A stretch of DNA of 25,363 nt from a virus (taxonomy: Duplodnaviria > Caudoviricetes): positions 1 through 25,363 of IMG/VR virus record IMGVR_UViG_3300025033_000349; one strand, 5' to 3'. The number at the start of each line of letters is the position of its first letter. Position 1 is the first letter of the stretch. This document shows, in pieces, positions 9,508-17,153 of this stretch. The notes below the pieces were generated by a model. That model searched no databases and was not told where the DNA came from. It saw only the letters and a list, made by a program, of their open reading frames with translations. The translations under genes were made by a program, and so were the position numbers.

Positions 9508-9780
9508 TTACTGCTTTTTTCTGCTTATCGCATTGTCCAGTGCGATTCCAAAGTCAAACTCCGCACCGGCTTCAGCAAGAATATCAAGATGCGCTTCGAT
9601 GCTTTCATTATCGGTATATCCTGACTCTTCAGCGGCTTCCCATGCATACTGCCCCGCCATTTCTTCAGCTTCGCGAGTGTCGGTTCCTCCGAAATACTCA
9701 CTAGAGTGGCCCGCTTTACTTGCGTTAATGATCTCAACAACTTGTTCGATCGAATGTGCTTCAGTGATTGCGTTAGTCAT
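9508..9780 (-). CDS. acrIF6: anti-CRISPR protein, AcrIF6-like (acidic, 90 aa)
   Basis: SIEQVVEIIN / EMAGQYAWEAA / AHLDILAEAGAEFD align with recalled AcrIF6 blocks TIEQIIEAIN / EIAGYYAWDAA / AHLEVLEERGAKID; directly upstream of the aca-like gene. Confidence 0.75.
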   Translation of the reverse strand: MTNAITEAHSIEQVVEIINASKAGHSSEYFGGTDTREAEEMAGQYAWEAAEESGYTDNESIEAHLDILAEAGAEFDFGIALDNAISRKKQ

Positions 9781-9825
9781 TATATTGTCCTTTCCTGATC
9801 AGGCTTCGGCCTTCCCCAAACCTTG

Positions 9826-9872
9826 AATATAGCATATCACTATATCATTCACTGTAAAGCGTTTTGCTATAT
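9826..9872 (-). promoter_or_regulatory. acr promoter with two inverted-repeat operators
   Basis: ATATAG-N7-CTATAT (9827-9845) and imperfect GTAAAG-N7-CTATAT (9854-9872) overlap -35 TTTACA and -10 TATGCT / extended TGcTATATT on the minus strand. Confidence 0.7.
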
Positions 9873-9877
9873 TTCTT

Positions 9878-9982
9878 TCAACATCCTTTCATTAACCAAT
9901 GAATGATCGCGTCCATTAATGATGGCTCGCCGCTGAACAGGATAAAAATCAGGAAGAATCCAAACCAAGATAGATTACTCAT
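9878..9982 (-). CDS. small hydrophobic phage protein (34 aa, absent from the ORF track)
   Basis: MSNLSWFGFFLIFILFSGEPSLMDAIIHWLMKGC with AGGGG RBS. Confidence 0.55.
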   Translation of the reverse strand: MSNLSWFGFFLIFILFSGEPSLMDAIIHWLMKGC

Positions 9983-9997
9983 ATCCCCTGCTCTTCC

Positions 9998-10210
9998 TTA
10001 ATCGGCCTTTGTTAGACTGTTAAAGTTTAAAGTTACTTCTACTGGCTTAGTGTCTCTTACCTTTTGGCTTCCCTTATGACAATGAGACTCCTTTTCTATA
10101 AATACTCCAGTTCCATCCAAGTTATCTCTTAAAAGAACGTAGCACTTCCCAAAATCAAAATTATCCCGAAATACTGTCAATACTGTCGGCTTTTTAAATG
10201 GTGACCTCAT
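9998..10210 (-). CDS. hypothetical protein (70 aa)
   Basis: GGAGGG RBS, in operon orientation. Confidence 0.6.
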   Translation of the reverse strand: MRSPFKKPTVLTVFRDNFDFGKCYVLLRDNLDGTGVFIEKESHCHKGSQKVRDTKPVEVTLNFNSLTKAD

Positions 10211-10222
10211 AATCCCTCCGAT

Positions 10223-10453
10223 TTATCCCACCGCATGCCCATACCGCACAGCGCAAAAGGTCACCCACGCACAGCATCCTACGAACAACGCAAGGCAAAC
10301 ACCACTGAAGCTATGACACTCAATTCTTAACCAGTAATGTCCAATAAATAACGCTACACAAAGAATCAGCGCCCGCCAATGTGCGTAAAAATGCCAGTCT
10401 AACCAGACTACGATCCAAGGCAGTTTTTCCGTCTGAATATAATCAATCAACAT
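10223..10453 (-). CDS. small membrane protein (76 aa)
   Basis: AGGGGG RBS before ATG 10453 (MLIDYIQTEK...); hydrophobic segments. Confidence 0.5.
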   Translation of the reverse strand: MLIDYIQTEKLPWIVVWLDWHFYAHWRALILCVALFIGHYWLRIECHSFSGVCLALFVGCCAWVTFCAVRYGHAVG

Positions 10454-10505
10454 AAATCCCCCTGAATAACAAAGTGCAGCGCGGGACAAGCCCGCGTACT
10501 GGTTT

Positions 10506-10682
10506 TTAACTGCCTTGCTTTTTAAGTCTGGCAACATAAGTTCCGCCATAGTCCAGGTCGAGAACATAGCGTATATGGTCGCCGCAATCTTCGCGCTCAC
10601 GAACGGTTCCGGCAACTTCTTGTTGCCGCTCATCATGCAAAACCACATGCTGACCAACTTTTAAATTTTCGTAATAGCTCAT
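10506..10682 (-). CDS. small hypothetical protein (58 aa, predicted beta-rich), cassette-borne
   Basis: MSYYENLKVGQHVVLHDE...; GGGAAG RBS; stop codon coincides with the putative cassette core site. Confidence 0.55.
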   Translation of the reverse strand: MSYYENLKVGQHVVLHDERQQEVAGTVREREDCGDHIRYVLDLDYGGTYVARLKKQGS

Positions 10683-10705
10683 AATCACTTCTTCCCATAT
10701 TTTGC

Positions 10706-10780
10706 AATTAACAAGTCGGTTAAGTATGCCCTTCGGGCGGGACGCGGAAAAGCACCGCGCCTCTTACCTCTGGGTTATGA
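10706..10780 (+). repeat. integron attC-like site
   Basis: R'' AATTAAC, 5-nt spacer, L'' GGTTAAG, GC hairpins with GGGAC, L' CTTACC, 5-nt spacer, R' GTTATGA. Confidence 0.65.
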
Positions 10781-10781
10781 G

Positions 10782-10988
10782 CTAATTCCTTGCCTTGCCA
10801 TAACCTTTGTAGTCGTACCATTCCTGACGAGTGCCAGAAAACAACTTGATAGACTTCCCGCACTTGTGGCAGCTTTTAAATTCTCTGTGGCTGTTCCTTC
10901 CGCCTGAAAATATCAAATTTATATCCCAGTCGTGACGGCAAAGGATACTTTTAAAAAGCTGCTTAATTTTTACCTTCGTTTCACTCAT
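10782..10988 (-). CDS. small Cys/His prophage protein (DUF1660-like)
   Basis: LCRHDW...CHKCGK pattern; GAGGCGCTGAG upstream. Confidence 0.6.
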   Translation of the reverse strand: MSETKVKIKQLFKSILCRHDWDINLIFSGGRNSHREFKSCHKCGKSIKLFSGTRQEWYDYKGYGKARN

Positions 10989-11007
10989 TCTCAGCGCCTC
11001 ATGGTAA

Positions 11008-11583
11008 TCACACTATCAGCCGTTTCAGAAGCTTATCCACCGCTTCTGCCGCTTCGCTGTTCTTTGCTTCACTGGCGGTGCAGCGGCTGGCAATATCAAA
11101 CACCTGGCGCAGTTCCAGATGTGAACCTTGATTGTTCTGGTTGGGTACAGCCTCAACCACTAAGCCAATCCGCTGTCCGGTAAATTCCTGCGCCACCTGC
11201 ACCTGTTGGCCCTGATCGTTAACACCTACGCCCCAGCTGAACCCCGGCAGGCCCATCAGGTACAACATGGCGTTAATGAAGTTGGCACCGAATACCGGCG
11301 TTTGTCCATCGGCCTGCAGATACGTCAGCGACACCGTGCCGCGCTTTTCTTCGTCATCCATAAAGCGCACCAGCACAGCATGGCTGCCGGTTTCGTTGCG
11401 GCGGTATTCCACGCGGGTAATTGTGGCGTGCACTTCGCCGGTTTCGGTAATAAACGGCATATCCCCCGCTTTTTCTGCGCTGGCTTCATCGAGTACAAAG
11501 GCATAACCCGCCGGCCGCATTGCTGCAGGATTCGGGGCGCTGTTGTTCATGGCGGTCTGGTGTTGGTTGTATGGCTGTTGCAT
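11008..11583 (-). CDS. DUF669-like phage protein (possible ssDNA-binding OB fold)
   Basis: FITETGEVHATITRVEY...GQRIGLVV pattern; replication-module context. Confidence 0.55.
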   Translation of the reverse strand: MQQPYNQHQTAMNNSAPNPAAMRPAGYAFVLDEASAEKAGDMPFITETGEVHATITRVEYRRNETGSHAVLVRFMDDEEKRGTVSLTYLQADGQTPVFGANFINAMLYLMGLPGFSWGVGVNDQGQQVQVAQEFTGQRIGLVVEAVPNQNNQGSHLELRQVFDIASRCTASEAKNSEAAEAVDKLLKRLIV

Positions 11584-11629
11584 GGTTTTTCTCGCTCTGT
11601 TGGTTAATCGTTTTGAATTGCAGCCTCAG

Positions 11630-12616
11630 TCATGCCGCCGCAACCTGCCAGCCTTTTCCGCTGGCCTTTTGTTGAATAACACCAGCAGCCAGAAGCTGCT
11701 GAATCTGGTCGGTATAACTGCCGTAGTTCACGCCCGCCGCTTTCGCTTCGCGCACGGTTGGCAGTTGCCCGGTTGCGCTGATCTGCTCAGCAAGCCAGTT
11801 GCCCGTTGTTTGTTCACCGGGGGCAACGCTGTTGCCATGTTTCTGTTCTCCGTTCTGTTTTTTGTTCTGTTCTGGCTGTTCTGTTTGTTTGTTTTCGGTT
11901 GTTTTGTTCTGTTCTTTTTGTTCTGTTTTCTGTTCGCTGTTCTGGCGGCTGTTCTGTTCTTTTCGATGCTCATTCAGCAACAGCACCGCCACGATTTGCA
12001 GCAAGTCAGCCACCACGGAAACAGCAGCCCACGCCAGCCAGCGATAGCCGCCCAGGCGATCACCGCTTACCGTAGCCGCACTGGTCGCGGCGGCGGGCAT
12101 TGTGGCCAGCTCCTGCTGCAGCGCCTGTACTTCGGATTCAATCTCACGGCTTTCGCGCAGCAATTCGCCAGCGTTCCAGCTGTTGCCTGCACGTTCTGCT
12201 TCAGCGGCGGTGCGTTTCAGTTGCTCGGCTGTTTTTTGTTTTCCGGCAATCAGTGCGGCTGTGTTCTGGTATGCGCTGCTGTTCTGTTTTTCAGCGGTCG
12301 CCTGTACCTGATAGGCGGATTCAAAATAGGCAATGGTGCTGGCCACACTCAGCAGCAATAGCGGCACAACCAGCAGCCAGCAAGCTGCGGCCAGCGGTTT
12401 ATTTTTCCGTCTGCTTTGCTGTTTTGCAGCTGCGGCCATTAACGGTTTGGCAATAACCAGCGCAAGTGCAAACGCTACGGCCAGCGCTGTGTCTGCTCCG
12501 TTACCAGCAAAGCTGGTAAACAGGGCAATTTCCCGCGCTGCAGTTACGGCTAACAGCGCCAGCAGCATGGCCGCCAGCGGTGCTTTATTCAGGGTATTTA
12601 AAAGAGTGTTTTTCAT
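11630..12616 (-). CDS. membrane protein: 3 TM, coiled coil, TM, Q/K/E/N linker, short C-terminal winged-helix-like domain
   Basis: hydrophobic Ala/Leu segments, heptad region, PTVREAK...LLAAGVI...GKGW end; GGAGG RBS. Confidence 0.75.
   Translation of the reverse strand: MKNTLLNTLNKAPLAAMLLALLAVTAAREIALFTSFAGNGADTALAVAFALALVIAKPLMAAAAKQQSRRKNKPLAAACWLLVVPLLLLSVASTIAYFESAYQVQATAEKQNSSAYQNTAALIAGKQKTAEQLKRTAAEAERAGNSWNAGELLRESREIESEVQALQQELATMPAAATSAATVSGDRLGGYRWLAWAAVSVVADLLQIVAVLLLNEHRKEQNSRQNSEQKTEQKEQNKTTENKQTEQPEQNKKQNGEQKHGNSVAPGEQTTGNWLAEQISATGQLPTVREAKAAGVNYGSYTDQIQQLLAAGVIQQKASGKGWQVAAA
11838..11965. repeat. 128-nt A-free low-complexity tract with 8 GTTCTG copies
   Basis: read directly from the sequence. 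Confidence 0.85.
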
Positions 12617-12639
12617 AGCGTTGCCTCCATGCGGCGTTA

Positions 12640-12933
12640 TCAGTTAATCAGCGGTAAAAGTTCAGTACGCCAGATGGCCACCTCTTTCGGGGCATCAAAT
12701 AAAATGCCCACCTTGCCGCCAACGATCCGCACAATTTTTATCCGGCAGTTATCGGTCAGCTGGTGTTCTTCACCAATGGCCATACCGTGCAAACGGATGT
12801 TTTCTTTTCCCGGCTCCACAATATCCAGCGTGGCGCGCTGGCTGTGCCGTGGCCCGTACACTTCCAGCGCATTCAGTCTGATGCTGTTGTTAACTTCTAC
12901 CGACTCGCCCACCCGGCGCGCTAAAACTAACAT
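12640..12933 (-). CDS. csrA: CsrA/RsmA-family protein with tandem duplicated domain
   Basis: MLVLARRVGESV start and KVGILFDAPKEVAIWRTEL end; 97 aa versus about 60 for CsrA. Confidence 0.8.
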   Translation of the reverse strand: MLVLARRVGESVEVNNSIRLNALEVYGPRHSQRATLDIVEPGKENIRLHGMAIGEEHQLTDNCRIKIVRIVGGKVGILFDAPKEVAIWRTELLPLIN

Positions 12934-13238
12934 GCTGCTTTCTCCATTTTTGGGGCGGCAGCCGCCTCATAAGCGGCAACCAGTGGCAATAATTCGTTGT
13001 ATTCCTGGCGCTTGGTATTGCGCAGGCGTTCCAGATAACTGCGCTTAACATCCGGTTCAAACCCGGCAACCTGCTGCGCCCAGGCATCACGGATAAAACC
13101 GCGCATTTTGGTGCGCAGCGGCAGCCGCATATTGGCCAGCATTTCGTTACGGCGACCGGCATCCAGCGTTAACAGGTAACGGGCATACTGTTTTTGCTTT
13201 TCGGTCTGTTCGTGTTCGTGCTGTTCTCTCGTAGTCAT
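12927..13238 (-). CDS. hypothetical helical protein (103 aa)
   Basis: AGGTAGGTG RBS, overlaps the csrA start. Confidence 0.65.
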   Translation of the reverse strand: MTTREQHEHEQTEKQKQYARYLLTLDAGRRNEMLANMRLPLRTKMRGFIRDAWAQQVAGFEPDVKRSYLERLRNTKRQEYNELLPLVAAYEAAAAPKMEKAAC

Positions 13239-13255
13239 CGGTCACCTACCTTGCT

Positions 13256-15358
13256 TTAAGCCATCTGAAATAGGTCTTTCGTTAAGTCTGGAATTTCTGG
13301 AGGAATCTCCACCGTACAGTTATTGACACCAGTCCGAGGCGGCGCTGTCGCGCCTTTTGCGGCCCGCTCCGCGCGCCGAAGTTCGGCTGCAGCAGCCCGT
13401 GACACACGTTCAGCCTTCCGGCGCTCGCGTACCTCTTCTGTTGCCTCTCTGCTGAGATTCGGAACCCGCTTCCACGTCATAAACCGGGTCTGAATATAAA
13501 TTTCAGAACCGGCAAGAATGGCTTTAATACCGTGATCTTTTTCCACCGGTTCACCGTAGGCATTCATAATTATTTTTGATTCAGCGTGGCTGTATTCGTG
13601 CTGCAGAATTTCCCCGGTGCTTTCGTCGATATGCTCTTCAATGGCAGTAACCACTTTTTCAGCAGTTCTGATAATTCGCCAAAGGCTGATTTTTCCGTTC
13701 TCTCCGCAGTAGCGGCAGTACCATGCCCAGGCTGTTGCCGCGCTCTCTTGTGTCAGGCGCTCAACTTCAGAAACTGCGACTTTAACCAGTGCTGGCAATT
13801 CCTCTATTTCTTCCGGCGTTTGCCGGGCAAGCCGTCTTAATTCACGCCAGCCTGAAACCTTTGGCCCGCCGATTTGCTGAAACTGTCTGATACCATTCCG
13901 GCTGGCCCACACGACAACAGACTCAGCAGCCTTGCTGCCTTCTGTTCCATATTCGTCTTCGTCAATGTGCTCACCATCGACGTTTTTTGAAATGTACTTC
14001 GCCATGTATCCGGCAAGTGAATATTCTTTACCTGTGTTCGGGTTTATTCCGATTTTCATTTTTTCAACGACAAAGCGGTGCTTATATGCACCGGGTTCTT
14101 TTCCGTCTTCTTCAAAGGCTTTTTCGCGGAAGGCTTTTAACAGGTCGTCGGCATCGTCAGGATGGATATGCAGGGCAAGGTGCCAATGTGGTGTTCCATC
14201 GTGGTGAGGCTCCGCAACACGAAAGCCAAAGTAGCGCCATTCATTCCGGCTGGCCTTTGCTCGAAACTTTGCCCACAAGTCACACAGATAATCCTGTGCA
14301 TCGCGTTGTGTATATCCAGCAAATTTCGGGTTTCGGTAGACGCGGTTATAACCGCCCTGATTATGTGCATGGTATTTACTTGGGCAGGTCAGAGTTATGG
14401 CATACCCTTCATACCCCTTTTCTTTGGCATAAATATCAAAGCCAGCCAGTCTTACCATTAACTCTGTTTTTCTGATTGCCGGATTGCTGTTCGATAATGC
14501 GGCCAAATCGGCAAGCGTGTATTGCTCGCCGTCGTCATTTTCAAGAACGGTATACTCCATCATGTTCAGGTTAAGCTGCTTTCGCCGTTTGTATTCCTGA
14601 CGACCAAAGCCACTGCAATAAATCGAGTGCGATTTATTAACCCATCCGAGTTCCCGCGAAATGGCTTCAATACGACGACCGGACACACTCCTGATCTTAC
14701 GGCGCCACCAGGCCTGATCCTGAACACGCATTAAAAGGGCACGACAGTCCCTTTTGATATTCACCAGCTTTTCTGTAATTTTGTTTTGCTCTTCCCGCTT
14801 ATCATCCAGCGCTAATGTCATATGCCTTGTTTTTATTCTGGCTGCACCGGCTGACCACTTAAAACCACTAGCCCTGATTTTCCACCGTTCTAAATCAATC
14901 TCGCTTCTGCTGATTATTTTTTCCAGACGGGAATATTCCTCAGCCAGCGTCGATAACTGCTCTATATCTTTAAGCGCTTTTGTTTCCAGCCCGTGGTATT
15001 CGAGAATAGGAATAACCTTTTTGGCACTGGCTGGCATAAGCCCATTGCCCAGCATCCAATCCTGCAACAACCTAATGCAGGCTTCTGCTTTTGCTTTTGC
15101 ATAGTCATTAACAAGCTGATCGTTGTCACACTGGTCAATCCGGAAGTTTCCGAACTTAAATTGTTTAATGATCGTATCCAGCCGTTGATTGGCCTTCCGT
15201 ATCCCGTTTGATTTAGATTCCGAGACAACACGCTTCCAGTCATTCAGTAACGGACGGGAAAATTCGCCAAACCGTTCTGTAACCTCAGCCGCCTGACGTT
15301 CCCAGTAAGGAGTCTTCTTCATTGCCGGTGCGCCGACCAATGCAAATTCACTCGCCAT
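13256..15358 (-). CDS. rolling-circle replication initiator, P2 gpA family
   Basis: TLTCPSKYH, RVAEPHHDGTPHWH (HUH), YMAKYISKN (two Tyr), IRQFQQIG, WRELRR; start may be ATG 15323. Confidence 0.95.
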   Translation of the reverse strand: MASEFALVGAPAMKKTPYWERQAAEVTERFGEFSRPLLNDWKRVVSESKSNGIRKANQRLDTIIKQFKFGNFRIDQCDNDQLVNDYAKAKAEACIRLLQDWMLGNGLMPASAKKVIPILEYHGLETKALKDIEQLSTLAEEYSRLEKIISRSEIDLERWKIRASGFKWSAGAARIKTRHMTLALDDKREEQNKITEKLVNIKRDCRALLMRVQDQAWWRRKIRSVSGRRIEAISRELGWVNKSHSIYCSGFGRQEYKRRKQLNLNMMEYTVLENDDGEQYTLADLAALSNSNPAIRKTELMVRLAGFDIYAKEKGYEGYAITLTCPSKYHAHNQGGYNRVYRNPKFAGYTQRDAQDYLCDLWAKFRAKASRNEWRYFGFRVAEPHHDGTPHWHLALHIHPDDADDLLKAFREKAFEEDGKEPGAYKHRFVVEKMKIGINPNTGKEYSLAGYMAKYISKNVDGEHIDEDEYGTEGSKAAESVVVWASRNGIRQFQQIGGPKVSGWRELRRLARQTPEEIEELPALVKVAVSEVERLTQESAATAWAWYCRYCGENGKISLWRIIRTAEKVVTAIEEHIDESTGEILQHEYSHAESKIIMNAYGEPVEKDHGIKAILAGSEIYIQTRFMTWKRVPNLSREATEEVRERRKAERVSRAAAAELRRAERAAKGATAPPRTGVNNCTVEIPPEIPDLTKDLFQMA
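13312..13343 (-). other. P2/186-type replication origin inside gene A
   Basis: minus strand GCCGCCTCGGACTGGTGTCAATAACTGTACGG resembles the P2 ori GCGCCTCGGAGTCCTGTCAATAACTG. Confidence 0.85.
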
Positions 15359-16367
15359 TCAGAACCCCCTGAACAGCCGAAACAAACTCAACAGCTACTT
15401 CCGCATTGATTGCATTGCCATAACCCCGCAAACGTCCCACTCTTGCGGTAGCCCCATTAACCAGCGGGAATGTGCCGGGTTCAACTGGCCTGAAACATCC
15501 ATCTTTGCAGCTGAGCCAGTCAGCACCTGCCCAGAAGCCGTTAACCGCACCGGTTCCTGAATCTTTAAAATCTGAACAGTCTCCGGCAGTGCCATGGCAT
15601 TCTTCCGTGGCGTAACCCGCCCCCCTTTCGATGCATCGCTTGCCAACGCCGTTGGCCAGCCCTTCAGAAGATGAACAACCGCATTCGGTAACTGCTCTCC
15701 CTTTTTTCCACCTCCCCGCTCCGCATAGCTTTTCTTGTTGCTGCCTTTGTAATCTCTCGCCGCAGTCGGTGGCCAGCCAGCCATCCCGACCGTTCTTGTT
15801 AAATCGCGCGTACTCATCTTCTGCCCAAGACTCTGCTTCCCATCTGCCGCCAAAGGCGTTGGATAACCGCAAAGCTGTAAAGAAAAACCGCTGCCTGATG
15901 TGCGGGGCACCGACGCCCGCAGCGCACAAATCAACCGGCGCGAAGGCGTAGCCCTTTGCTTCCACGTCAGTGTGTACAAGGTCGAGCCAAGCAAGTCCGC
16001 TTTTACTCGCAACTTGTTCACCAAATATGATTGCAGGACCAAGCTCTCCGATGAGGTGATACCAGGCTGGCCACAAGTGCCGCTCATCATCAAACCCTTT
16101 TCCGTCGCCTGCCGTGCTGAAAGGTTGGCACGGACAGCTTCCTGTCCATACTGGTCGGTTATCCGGCCAGCCTGCTCTTCTGAGTGCGTATGACCAGACG
16201 CCAATGCCTGCGAAAAAGTGACACTGGGTATAAGGTCTAAGGTCATCTGGGCTGACATCTTCAATACTCCGCTCGTTAACATCACCCGGTGCAATATGCC
16301 CGAATTTTATTAATTCCCTCAGCCACTGAGCCGCGAAAGGATCAATCTCGTTGTAATAAGCTGTCAT
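15348..16367 (-). CDS. C5 cytosine DNA methyltransferase, alpha-type polypeptide
   Basis: motif I FFAGIG, IV GSCPCQPFS, VI GEQV, VIII HIRQR, X LRGYGNAI; motif IX absent from this frame. Confidence 0.9.
   Translation of the reverse strand: MTAYYNEIDPFAAQWLRELIKFGHIAPGDVNERSIEDVSPDDLRPYTQCHFFAGIGVWSYALRRAGWPDNRPVWTGSCPCQPFSTAGDGKGFDDERHLWPAWYHLIGELGPAIIFGEQVASKSGLAWLDLVHTDVEAKGYAFAPVDLCAAGVGAPHIRQRFFFTALRLSNAFGGRWEAESWAEDEYARFNKNGRDGWLATDCGERLQRQQQEKLCGAGRWKKGRAVTECGCSSSEGLANGVGKRCIERGAGYATEECHGTAGDCSDFKDSGTGAVNGFWAGADWLSCKDGCFRPVEPGTFPLVNGATARVGRLRGYGNAINAEVAVEFVSAVQGVLNGE
15395..16090 (-). CDS. nested alternative-frame methyltransferase beta polypeptide
   Basis: frame open from 16294; three G(W/Y)PT...D repeats and motif IX-like GQLNPAHSRWLMGLP; likely start ATG 16090 after AAGGG (start uncertain). 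Confidence 0.75.
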   Translation of the reverse strand: MMSGTCGQPGITSSESLVLQSYLVNKLRVKADLLGSTLYTLTWKQRATPSRRLICALRASVPRTSGSGFSLQLCGYPTPLAADGKQSLGQKMSTRDLTRTVGMAGWPPTAARDYKGSNKKSYAERGGGKKGEQLPNAVVHLLKGWPTALASDASKGGRVTPRKNAMALPETVQILKIQEPVRLTASGQVLTGSAAKMDVSGQLNPAHSRWLMGLPQEWDVCGVMAMQSMRK

Positions 16368-16750
16368 GCAACATTCCCCAGTTTATTTTTTTCTTCACTG
16401 GTTTTACGTTGCACTTCGCGGCTCAGTTTTCCGGACAACGCCATTAATTTCTCAGCGTGATGCTGGCTGGCCTTCGCCTCAATAATGTTTTGCGTGGTTT
16501 GTGCCGCGGTAGCGCAGTAATGCAGCACTTGGTCAAATCGTTCTTGGACCAGGCGCTGAACAATCTGAATTTCCTCCAGTGTCAGACCGTCCACTAAATC
16601 GGTATTAACTTCCGGATCCGCCTGAACAGGTTGTTGAATATTGCTGACGGATGCCAGCTGAATGCCACCGTCTCCGCATTGCTGGCAGAAGGTAGTCATT
16701 TCCCGGCTGAAGTGCTCACGGCGGCAGGTAGGGCAGTAGTAATTCATCAT
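16364..16750 (-). CDS. hypothetical protein with N-terminal zinc ribbon
   Basis: CPTC-x12-CQQC; 4-bp overlaps with both neighbours. Confidence 0.7.
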   Translation of the reverse strand: MMNYYCPTCRREHFSREMTTFCQQCGDGGIQLASVSNIQQPVQADPEVNTDLVDGLTLEEIQIVQRLVQERFDQVLHYCATAAQTTQNIIEAKASQHHAEKLMALSGKLSREVQRKTSEEKNKLGNVA

Positions 16751-17016
16751 GCGGTTAAAACCTCCCTAACGTCTGCAATCCAGTCCTGCAGACGCTTGGC
16801 TTCTGTTTCCGCTATGCCAGTCATCACACAGGCAACACGCCCGTTGTCGCTTAAAAATTCAATGCGGTGTTTTTCCGGTACCGGCTTAATGCGTTTTGGC
16901 GTTGTGAAGTGAGTCATGCCCAGATACTGAATAACCACTTCATCCATGCCGGGCAGGTAGTTCAGCCGGGCACGTTCGTTAACCATTGTTGTGATTACAA
17001 TTTCGTGTGCCATCAC
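16747..17016 (-). CDS. hypothetical protein (89 aa)
   Basis: translationally coupled in the early operon. Confidence 0.65.
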   Translation of the reverse strand: MMAHEIVITTMVNERARLNYLPGMDEVVIQYLGMTHFTTPKRIKPVPEKHRIEFLSDNGRVACVMTGIAETEAKRLQDWIADVREVLTA

Positions 17017-17153
17017 TCACCGCCCTGGCATTGTTCCCAATATTGGATTTCTTCAATTAACCGGTTAACGCAATGGCTAATATCAAAATCCAGTGCGTAT
17101 TCGTTGCGCAGTATTTCTAACTGTTTTTTCAGCTTTTTCAGTTCTTCTTCCAT
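17013..17153 (-). CDS. small coiled-coil protein (46 aa, absent from the ORF track)
   Basis: MEEELKKLKKQLEILRNEYALDFDISHCVNRLIEEIQYWEQCQGGE; fills the gap exactly with overlapping start/stop codons. Confidence 0.65.
   Translation of the reverse strand: MEEELKKLKKQLEILRNEYALDFDISHCVNRLIEEIQYWEQCQGGE

Noticed and set aside
10454-10657. N-terminal extension making a 144-aa ORF
   Set aside because: Overlaps the 58-aa ORF and crosses a hairpin; better RBS at ATG 10453
11543-12361. Hydrophobic 272-aa plus-strand ORF
   Set aside because: Antisense to a real gene; its Phe/Leu/Cys richness and openness result from the A-free tract
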